Positions 42,101 through 54,100 of a DNA stretch of 64,000 nt are shown here, piece after piece. The notes under the pieces are model-generated. The model searched no databases. It saw nothing but the letters and a program-made list of their open reading frames with translations, and was not told where the DNA came from. The translations under genes were made by a program, and so were the position numbers. Source of the DNA: Phoronis australis (lineage: Eukaryota; Animalia; Phoronida). How positions within the stretch are numbered: the first letter of the stretch is position 1; the number at the start of each line of letters is the position of its first letter. The DNA lies in the NCBI GenBank assembly GCA_002633005.1, contig NMRA01000379.1, positions 124,001-188,000 of the forward strand, read 5' to 3'.

Positions 42101-45100
42101 TGGGCAGCGATCACGCGCTGGGCACTGAATAAAGCCCAGATGATTTAGAATCATAACCTTGCGGTCTTCCTCCAATTTATCTAATTTTTTATACCTACAA
42201 AAAGCAAACAAACACATATAAAGACATCTTCACCCACACACTACTGTATCGACAAGCAGCATGAACAAGTTGATTGGATAAGACTTTTAACATATTGTGC
42301 CGACTAGTGTAACCCACTGCCAGCCACAATCTCACAATAATTACACCTCACCTCAAATTGAAACTATGGGTACCAAGAAATATCACATGCCTGTATTATT
42401 AATGGAAACTGATATCAACCAAAGCCTGGACAAGGTCCAATGACATCCAGGAAAAGGCTGGAAGACAACCTGGAAAAGCTGGTGACGACCTGGAGATGGG
42501 TGGCGACTTGGAAAGACGGATGACATTCAGGAGACAGTGAATTTGTTGGTTTAGCAACCCATCCAGTTGACATTTAAATTGCTACAAGTAACCAAAGAAA
42601 AAAATACTCCCAGAGTCTCCACGAGGGGGGGTTAAGAAATCAACAATCAGAATATTACGGAATCAACTCAGCAAGTTACAGGAACTACGGCATTGAATGA
42701 GACTATTACAAAGACGACACCGCAAAGTACAAGCACTACGACATTGAAAAACGATGACCAAGTATGCAGGGGATGTAAGAGGACGTTTAAGAATTTCAAG
42801 GGAGTAAGAATCCATCAGGGAAAGACGAAGTGTCTCCAGCGGCATCGCTTAGGTGGCACTACTAGTACTTCCAGTGAGACGACTGAAGGTGACAACCAGG
42901 GTAAAACCCACAGAGTGTCGATCTTCAAAGCCCATGGAGCGATGGAGGGAGCAAGTGAGTCCGCTGCATCAGAGGTTGAACACAACGGCATGGCACCAGA
43001 TTCAGACACGTCAAGCAGGGTGAAGTATTTACATCTGGCACAGAGGAGCAGGACTCAGAGTTTGTGTTACTTTCCATGTCACAGTTGCTTACAGAAACTG
43101 ATGAGGATCGGGATCCAGACAGCATTCCGAGGCAATGACTAAAAGTCTTGGATTCTTCTGGATGAGGATCTTGGTGACGTTCTAGAGGCAAATTTAAAGG
43201 GGACTGCACAGAAGAAACTGATCACCATGACTGAGCTGGTCTGCACAGTTTGCAAAGACTGATTTGGTGTGGCGGTGAAGAGAAAGAATCCAACAGTGCA
43301 AGGACCTAGCAGAAGACAGAGGGAAATTAAGGAGATCTGGGTGGAGCTGAGAGACCTCAGTGGAAGAGAGCTGAGGGTCATGAGAGAATAGTCTTGGCCC
43401 ATTTAAGACAGGAGCTGAGGTGTAAACTTTTATCTTTNTTAGACGAAGTACGTCACCAGGAAGAAGAGAAGCACATTTCTCATGCTGTGGGCTTGAGAAA
43501 GCCGGACGCCTGGACAACATGGGAAGGAGTTCACAGTAGGTGCATTATAGCGAATGACCTAATTTCGTGTGAGCAGTATAGGTTAAGTTTTCTCCTGTGT
43601 TCTGTGTATGGCGTACTCCCTAGTCAGACAAACCTGAAGTTGTGGGGAAAGATAGAAGACAATTCTTGTGGCAGTTGTGGGGAGCGTTGCACTTTATAGC
43701 ATGTTTTGTCATCTTGTAAGACGGCTTTGGTGGAAGGCAAATACAAGTGGAGACATGATAAGATTCTCAAGGCAATTGCTCATATTTTGGACCTAGAAAG
43801 AAGGAAGGCGGTTAGCAACACTGATAGCTCGTTAACATCATTTTGCAGAGAAGGTGTATCCGGGAAGAGGAAAGATGCAGGTGTATTGACTACAGCCAGT
43901 GATTAGAAGATGGTTGTAGATGTAGGGCCATTGGCGGTATTCACCAGCCATATAGTGATGATGACACTCCGGCATGACTTGGTTTTATGGTCATATGGTA
44001 CAAAGACGGTCATCATACTAGATCTTACAGTACCATGGAAATCCAGAGTCCAACGAGAGGAAAAGGCTTAAGTGTGCAGAGCTTCCCTGTGATTGTTCAA
44101 TAGCTGGTTGGAAGTGTTTTTGTAGGCCAGTTGAAGTAGGATGTAGAGGTTTCACCGGGAGCAGCATGTGGAGGTTGATGAAGTTCCTAGGTATTAGCAC
44201 AGTGTCAAGGAAGAATATGGTGCAGACAGTGATGAGATCAGCTGCAGAGGCGTCGTCATGGCTATGGTTACAGCGAGACAACAGGTAGCACTCCAAGTGA
44301 CAACCGAAGCTTGATCAACTTTGGGGAGCCTGTATCCGAGATGTTTCTAGATTAGGGGCCGAAATTATCGATGAGGATGCATTCTAGCTGATGACAGCAA
44401 TTGGAGAAACAGCACACTACAAGTGTATTTCAGGTAATTCAATCTACATGTTCACCATGTAGGAATGTTGGTCAACAGCCTGTCTATATATTTTGACGGA
44501 AATTTAGTAATTCACTCAGAAATAAATAAAGCAGTAATTTAGTAACTTATTACCTCACTACAATCTTTTTTATTCCCAAGACTGGGACATCAATCTTTGT
44601 AGAATCATCAACATTCGTGTATTCTAATATTATCTAGTATGTCCACAGAAACTGGTGAGTCGGTGGGAACTAAGATACAATGCCTCTTGGCGCTTTCTGT
44701 GTATGTATATTTATTGTACTGAATATTTCATAACATTAACAAAAATGGGAACTAAGGTCTCCATAGAAATTAAGGTATTCAGGGAAACCTAGGTGGCCGT
44801 GGGCACCAAGATGCTTGAGGAAAGCAATGTGTGCGTGGATACTAAGGTATCCATGGAAACAACGGTGTCTCTGAAGTACAAGGTGTCCGTGGAAACTAAG
44901 GTATTCAGGGAAAGCAAAGTGTTCGTGTAAACCAAAGTGTTTGTAGGAATCAAGGTGTCCATGGAAACCAAGGTGTTCGTGGAGACCAAGGTGTCCGTGG
45001 AGACCAAGGTGTCCGTGGAGACCAAGGTGTCCATGGAAACCAAGGTGTTCGTGGAGACCAAGGTGTCCATGGAAACTAAGGTGTTCGTGGAGACCAAGGT

Positions 45101-48100
45101 ATCCGTGAAGACCAAGGTATCTCTGGATTACAAGGTATCCATGGAAACCAAGGTGTCTTTGGATTACAAGGTGTCTGAGGAAACCAAAGAGTCCACCTGA
45201 GCCCTATACTACCATCAAATGAATGTCCACAACCTAGCATACCTATCTTCTTCCTGTAACTCCTCTAGAATCTTCTCCAAATCTTCCATTGTAATGTTGA
45301 CAGGGGGGTCGAACCGCGCAAAGATGTCTGCTCTCTCCAGTAGCAATTCCTATCAACAACAAGTTATACAATTCTTGAGTCTCATAACACATCAACTTCA
45401 ACTCATATTGTGAATCCTTTTCTATGACTTTTTCAGGAAATGATTTTCATTTTCCATAAGTAATGTTATATTTTCCAGGAAAAAATAAACATACAGTACT
45501 CTAATTTTTGTATGATTGATTGCTGCCAATCATATCTAGATTCATAAACTCACCTTGCAAATCAAGGGATTTTATTGACAATCTATAAACAAGTTTTCCA
45601 TGACTTTTTACGCGTTTATATTTCATTTTCAATGACATTCCAAACAGATAAACTATTTCTACCATTCTCCAAGTTATCCATGACAAGTGAAAAACAAGCC
45701 AAAACTTACTCAACAAAATCGAATTATTTCTATGAGTTAAACCAGTGCCAAAAAGTATCTAAGCTATATCCGAGATGTAATCCAAAGAATGTGTTGAACA
45801 AACTGTTAGGCACAAACTACATTCCACCAAAACAGTATTGATACTGTGCCTCATTGTTGTCATTGCTTGTTGTGTTGTTTTGTTTCTTTTACTTATCATG
45901 TTGTTTATTTCTTTGATAAGTGGCAGTTTATCTTTTGCCAAAGTGATTTGTTTTTTTCAGTTAGCCAGTTTACTCCAGTTGTGATATGTGGCGTTTGCAT
46001 AGATGAATAGTAGCTTGACCGCCTGGCTGTTGTTGCGTGTGTGCCTTTGTATTGTTACGCAGTGACCGTGTTTCTTGAGTTTAGCGACATTCCTTGGCAA
46101 GATCTGTGGAGTTAATCATGTATTTTCTTAGACGCTGGAATTTTCTGTTAGATTAAGCACAGACTATCAGCCACACTGATAAGTTTTTACTCAGTATTTC
46201 AGCATAGCATGTTGTATCTCATGTGAGTCTAACTAGCTGAGTTTAGAGCGTATATAGTTGTTTAACATATAAGTGATAGTTTCATTCAGATTCTTGTTTG
46301 GTATAAATGCAGTGCGGTACCCAGTTCATAGGATAAATAGTTACGGGTCACACTTAGGCAGTTGTTTGTTTATGGTAAAGGTTCCCAGTAGAATAGAAAG
46401 TACAGGTACCAGTTAATTGTGTATCGTTGGTCTAACTAGTATTTGTTAGGCCTATATTATACATGTCATTGTCGCAGGTCTTTCTCATATATGGTGTTTG
46501 TTTACACCTGCTTGCTGAATACACGCACTGTTTTTGTCTTTGTTAAAGAAAACTGCTTGTTCAGTATTAGATTCTCTTTTTCATCGCTTGACATCCCTTG
46601 TAACCACATCAGAGACTTGTGAATGTTGGTCTGGGGACATAAGATATTAAAGATGTTATTGAAAATTCAGGTTTCAACGACTGACAACTCACTTGAAAAT
46701 CATGTCTGGCCTTTTCCTTCAGCTCCTGTTGATGCAACAAGAACACTTGACTCTTGTCTGCGTCTGAGAGTGACTCGAAGCACTCGCGACCAAGGAAAAA
46801 GACACTGACCTCTGTCAGTGATTGTCCTGGTGTAATATATATGTTGTCCTCCAACATGACCTTGAATTGCCTCTTCCACCTGAAACAACCAATCAACAGC
46901 ATATTTACAGGTTAACAACTTGGCAACAGCCAATCAACAGTTAAGGTTTTACTACCTCACACCTAAAATGGCCAATCACCTATCCAGTACCTGCTACATT
47001 ACTTTTAATGAAGCCAATCATATTCATTACTTGCTGCATTACCAGGGCACTAACCAATGATATGTAGACAAACCAATGACATCACTCTTGTAGTATCATA
47101 ACAGAAATAGATAAAATAAAGCGAGAGTGCAAAATTGGGACACTACAGAAACTGCTAAATACTTTTCTTACAAAATTAAACGAGGTGTAATGCCCAGACA
47201 TGGTGGCTGATAAGCCACTTCACAGAATACTACAGTGCCCTCTCTGATTCTACAGTTCTTACCACAATACTGTTTATCTGTAGGGAGTGACTTGGTCAAC
47301 AACTGTACACCACACTAATACAAATCATTAATATAAATGTATATTAGTTTGATATTTTTCATTGTGATGTCAATTGGTTTTAACTTTATAACAGAAATTC
47401 AAAATATGAGTGAGCTGTGATAAATCTTTTTTCACTTGCCGGACTCAACTCACAGCCGGGGGGTAATCATACAAAACATTTTTACCACCACAAAGAGGAC
47501 AGCAGAGGGTGGATGGGATGCATTTCATGAATACGGCTAATTCATGCTTTTGAACATGCAGAAAAGCTGAGTTCTTTTAATCTTTTTGTGAAAGATTTCT
47601 ACACCAATGTACCATCCTCAGCCTGTTGTGCAACCAGTCACGACATCACAACTATGGATCAGTTGAGACCCCTTTTGATCCCGTATTCAAGTAGGCTTTG
47701 TTCAAACGTGAATGGTGGAGACATTTTTGCAAAATCCCCCAGTCGGAACACAGACACCTTCATCTAGGTGAGTGAGGGTCTAACACTAAGATACATACAA
47801 TGAAATGCACCAACATTTTCAATGTTAAACAGATGCGTAGTATTGGCAGACACTTCACAGGGCAACTGGCTACACCTTGCTATCCTCCAGATAGTCGAGC
47901 ATCATCTGGTTGCTACTGGTTTCGAAATAATACCTAGTAACTGTACTGTGCATGCTTACTCCACCTGTACTGAATTCATTACAAGTCGTGTACATACTTA
48001 CTCCAACCGTTTCTGCTCTGCCTGTAAGTTATTGACGTGATTCCTAAAGCAAATCTCTGCATCATTGGAGCTCAACCAATCAAACGGAAGACGGTTGTCC

Positions 48101-51100
48101 TCTCCGTCCACATACTCATTGCACTCCTGCCACACGACCTCTTCCCCAAGGTCAATGAAATGTAGGTCAAAGTCGTCATGGATACGTAGGAACTCTTTAC
48201 ACATATTCCAACTCCTGCAAAATACCACTGTTATCATCAACATCTAACACACTCGTCAAATTTTCTCCGTGCTGTTTGTGTTAAAAAAGCTTGAAAATAA
48301 ACACTAGGCGGCTTGAATACCGTAAACTCGCGGGTTAACGCCCATGCCCGTGGAATTACCCATCCTCGACTTTTAGTCAATTTTCAGTTTAAGCGCCCAC
48401 TGCTTGGGTAACTGTTAAAACACCAGTGCTGTCTTCGAGTGTGAAAACAAGACATTTTAAATTTTAATTGCATTTAGGATTATGATTTAGGAATATGTAG
48501 ATCTAACTTATCAGATGTTGGTTTCTATTTAGTGATTAACATGGTTAGCTTTTCATCCAGCTCTTTAACTCACACCTTCTTTTCAAATTTAAAGACAGGC
48601 GTTAAATAATGTCACATCACGTTTCACGCAGGTACAATCAACCTTCAGACAAAAAAGTCAACTTTGGATTAAGACATGTTGCCATAATACCATTTTTCTC
48701 AGCTTGTTCCTCAGTCACATTAGATGTAGTGGCTTAGCTTGTTAAGATATAACAGGAGATGACTGATTGAGACCAAAGTGGACACCGACCAGCTGACACT
48801 GAACCAGATGTTCTAGCGCATGTGTGTAAACATTACAAGACTGACCTGGAGCAAACTGACACCGCGTTGACAACTTTTGCAACCCATTTGTGAGGTAGGG
48901 CAATTTGCGCTCGATCATCTTGCTCTGCGCTCCTCGATCATCTTGCTCTGTGTCAATTATATGTCTGAACGCGAAACTGGGGCAAGGCGGAAAGGACCAT
49001 CTCTACTGCACTTGCGCAATGACCTACATACGGGTTCTCTGTCTCTGCAACTCCCGCCATTTGTAAATCTGCGCATGTTCATTCTACACTCCTAGTCTCC
49101 AGCCTACAACTTCCGTCTTGCCACAGTGAGTTATGTGTGTAAAAAGCCACTTGACACCAATCAATTTGCTTCATGTCAGTGTGTCACTTGCGTGTCAGTG
49201 TGTCAGTTGCGCTGGGCCAAAAGTTGATGTCTAAACAACTCAAGTTCTACAAGTTGGCCTGCCATGCTCTCAACCACAAAACAACAGGCATTTTATCCAA
49301 GTCCATGAACCACTTGTCATTCAAGTTAGGAACAAGTTGACATCACTTCTACAGCAGTAAGTGGTCTAAATCAACAGACAGAACAAGTATTTATAGCCAC
49401 ACTAAACATATGAAAACATTTATTGATATTTAGGACCACTCATGATAATTAAATTTGTTTTATATTCAACTTTCAAGTCCTCCAACAGTGGACCTGTACT
49501 TTTCATGTCCACTTAAATCGAGTGATTACCATTCGATGTTTGTGGTTTTCTGACAACAATTTACCTAAGCAATTCAAACTTGACAGAGGGAGCCACCTAC
49601 CTGTCGTCTATCGTAGCCAAGTCCGGTAACATTGTGTTTAATAATCCTGGCAGTCTACTAGAAAACGTCTTTTCCTTTTGCATTAAATGTTCATTTTTCA
49701 ACTTCTTAGTATATCTAAGGAATTCCTTCTTAGCACGGTCTACGCCGAATAAATCCACGTAATGCTGGTAATCTGGATTAGCCTCAAATTTTTTGCGTGT
49801 AGTAATCCATGTTACCAGGTAGTCCGGCACGTGCATCTTAATCAACGACTTGTATGCATCTGTGGCAACATCCAACACTTCTTTGCGCGCCCTGGAGGCT
49901 TCAACATAAGGCACAATTTTGATGCGTCCTTTGTTTTTCTCAATCAAATGGGCGAGAGTTATGAATGCGAGCTCGACATTTATATTCTCATGTGCTGACG
50001 TCTCCACCACACTGATCATACCACGATAATCCTTCTTTGCTACCAATCTGTCTACATCCTTTGTGTAGTTCATGAAAGCTTCATCGTTCTTGGTTGTCGC
50101 CACAACGACCGGTTTCTTTGTCTTCATCAGACTGTTGAGCACTAGTGTAGCAAACTCAACTTGTTTCTCTGGCGGCCTATTGGCCACCTGACTAACGTCG
50201 AATACGCACAAGAAGCCATCAATTGTGATCTTGCCCTCAGGAAGAAACTTCTGTTCAAAATCATGTTCCAGACCTGGGAATAAGAATGTAACATATTGAG
50301 TTATGTGTACAGGGAATGAATTTAACGTATGTATCAGTCAACAAACAGGATGAGATGGGTCTTCAAAAATGCTTCTTAACATGACAATGATAGTGATGGA
50401 AATCACATGTTAAGACATACTTACTAAGCATAAATCAGCTCCATAATGAACATAACTACCTTTAACTGGCTTGGCTTTAAGGATATCTCCAACCTTATTC
50501 ACAAAAATTGGCTATTTTTACAATATTTCACGTGTCTAGCAAAATACCTTATCTTCATTCTCAGGGAACTTCAAATACAAAATATATACCATGTAGCGAG
50601 AAATAAAAGATATAGTAGATCCACCTTGGAACCACACAATCATGTGGATATTTGTTTTCTACTTATCCAAGGTCAAAGGTTAAAGGGTTTCCAATCAAAT
50701 CGAATTTCCCGCCAGGTACAGAACAGCTTCGTAAACCCTCAGTACTTTCATTCACAAAGTCGCCATAACAACTGCACCAACAAGGTGTACTTATGATAGA
50801 ATGGTGCCAGGGAAAACAAAGACAAAACATAGTTTTGATCCTAAGGGAGTTGTGCGTCTACATGCATACGACCATTGGCATTGAAAACGAATGCTGCGAG
50901 TCGCCTCAGGCCTCTGTAGACATGAACACAGGAAGTTGTGAAAAGAGTTAAGTCCTCACCCTAATGCTGTAATTCAATTAATAAGTTGACATTTCGATGT
51001 TTCGATCTCATGCTAATGACATACTTTTACCACCGATTTGATTTTTGTTATCCATTGCTTACTTGGTTGCCTATCAGTCCCCAGCAAGTGATGTGTATAA

Positions 51101-54100
51101 TCTATGTTTATAACAATGAACTGTGACCTACTTAGAAAGTAGGTTGTAAACAACTGTAAAAGTTGGCTGGGAACAATACTCTATTTGAGGTTTTAATGAT
51201 AATTAAGTTAATTACGCACTGCAAAATCAGTTCACATTGCGAGTGAACGTTGAAAGAGCTTTCATAGTTAAGGCTTTTACAGGTTATGTGTGCCGAAAAC
51301 AAGTTTTCACCAATAATTAACCGAAGTCTTTGAGATTTTCAATCGTCCCACTTTAATCGGCTTTTTCTCCGCTTCAGCAAATCGACTTTAATTGAACTTA
51401 GGAACACTAGTTCTCGAAAACAGCTCAATGGATTTCGCTGAAACTTTCCAAACTTAATATTTAGTCATCAACCTCAAAAATGCTGACAGGATTTTCAATA
51501 TACAGGTCTAGTTTTTGCATAATGTGACAAAGACGAACATGACTTCAACTTTTTACAAAAATACCCTACATTTTGCGAGTTGATTTGTCATAGAAACTAA
51601 ACGAACAGACTAATCGAAAATTCCTAACAGCGTTTTTGAGGTAACTGTTGAAGTTTTCATTCAAAAAAAAGATTTCATTAAAATCGACTGAGGGGTTATT
51701 TTGCTATGAATGTACCTTTCTTAAAAATGAAATTTTGACTTAAAAAAGGTTTTTACATAAAAATAATAATGGAAAATTAATACAAAAAGTATTTTTATAT
51801 TTCCTGGTCTTTGTTTTTTCAGAAAATATATACTTTTACTGGTTGACAAAGTTTAGTTTTTTTAATATACGGGTTAGAATGGAGGCCACTAAATAAGGTT
51901 TGAGATAACCTAAAGTGGCAGGCTGCTATGTATAAAACACAACAAATTGTCAACATTACACTGGAGCAAACTACGCTTGATTTGCCACCAACACAGAAAC
52001 AATTGATTTCATTCCATTTTGTTTGGACTATTCTGAAAAATTATGAGCATGAACTCATCTTTCATTAAATAAACTGAAAACTATCCACAATACAACGACA
52101 ATTACTTATTTGCACTTCAGAGGTTAAGCCAAAAAACATTGTTGGTCCTGGTCTCTTACCCAAACTTATTTTGAAACTTGTGCTCACTAACAAAAGCAAC
52201 AAAAATGCTCGACCTCATCAATTTCAGTCAAATTTTTGTTGTTTTCTTTGAGAACTTAAAGGCATGAAAGCAAGGGTAAGCAAGACATTAAGCACAACGA
52301 TTTGCAAAGCAATGAGATAAAAAACAAATCCACATCATTTTTGCTCGTCTCAGGTGCANAAGTGTCGCTCCTCCGAGCGCTCTCGGTTATCCATTGCTTA
52401 CTTGGTTGCCTATCAGTCCCCAGCAAGTGATGTGTATAATCTATGTTTATAACAGAACTGTGACCTACTTAGAAAGTAGGTTGCAAACAACAGTAAAAGT
52501 TGGCTGGGAACAATACTCTATTTGAGGTTTTAATGATAATTAAGTTAATTATGCACTGCAAAATCTGTTCACATTGCGAGTGAACGTTGAAAGAGCTTTC
52601 ATAGTTAAGGCTTTTATAGGTTATGTGTGCCGAAAACAAGTTTTCACCGAATAATTAACCCAAAGTCTTTGAGATTTTCACTCGTCCCACTTTAATCGGC
52701 TTTTTCTCCGCTTCGGCAAATCAACTTTAACTGAACTTAGGAACACTAGTTCTCGAAAACAGCTCAATGAATTTCACTGAAACTTTCCAAACTTAATATT
52801 TAGTCATCAATCTCAAAAATGCTGGTAGGATTTTCAATATACAGGCCTAGTTCTGCATAATGTGACAAAGACGAACACGACTTCAACTTTTTACAAAAAT
52901 ACCTACATTTTGCGAGTTGATTTGTCATAGAAACCAAACGAACAAACTAATCGGAAATTCCTAACAGCGTTTTTGAGGTAACTGTTGGAAGTTTTCATTC
53001 AAAAAAAAGATTTCATTAAAATCGACCAAGGGGTTATTTTGCTATGAATGTACCTTTCTTAAAAATGAAATTTTGACTTAAAAAAGGTTTATACATAAAA
53101 ATAATAATGGAACATTAATACAAAAACTATTTTTTGTATTTCCTGGTCTTTGTTTTTTCAGAAAATATATACTTTTACTGGTTGACAAAGCTTAGTTTTT
53201 TTTTTAATATACGGGTTAGAGTGGAGGCCACTAAATAAGGTTTGAGATAACCTAAAGTGGCAGGCTGTTATGTAAAAAACACGTCAACAAATTGTCAACA
53301 TTACACTGGAGCAAACTACGCTTGATTTGCCACCAACACAGAAACAATTGATTTCATTCCATTTTGTTTGGACTATTCTGAAAAATTATGAGCATGAACT
53401 CATCTTCATTGAATAAACTGAAAACTATACACAATACAACGACAATTACTTATTTGCACTTCAGAGGTTAAGCCAAAAAACATTGTTGGTCCTGGTCTCT
53501 TACCCAAACTTATTTTGAAACTTGTGCTCACTAACAAAAGCAACAAAAATGCTCGACCTCATCAATTTCAGTCAAATTTTTGTTGTTTTCTTTGAGAACT
53601 TAAAGGCATGAAAGCAAGGGTAAGCAAGACATGAAGCACAACGATTTGCAAAGCAATGAGATAAAAAACAAATCCACATCATTTTTGCTTGTCTCAGGTG
53701 CACTTTGCATTCTGAAAAAGTGAACAACTACAAACATACAGCACCACCGACTAGACTTTCAGAAAGACACAAACAAGAACAAACAATGCATTTTTGGCCT
53801 TTTCACGTCAGTGAAATCTCTTCACTTTCATATCTTGACACAACAAATCTCAAAGCATATGGGTAGTTTGAATTAACCCAGGCCGCGATGTGCGATGCCT
53901 GCCAAGATGAAAGTGCAACTTGCATACAATTCCTCATCTTTGTGATTGTTTGGTCAATTTAGTAGGAAACCTATCATATAGCAATGATGTGAATATGAAG
54001 TAGTTTGAAAATTTCCAAATGATATTAAGAACGAGTTTTGTGTGGATAATGATCTGCCATAAACCATTCAAGCGTGACTAGTAAGTATCATGAGGTGGTG

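Noticed and set aside
44789-45200. VETKVS / TDTLVS repeat ORFs
   Set aside because: By-products of an 18-bp minisatellite with no supporting splice structure.
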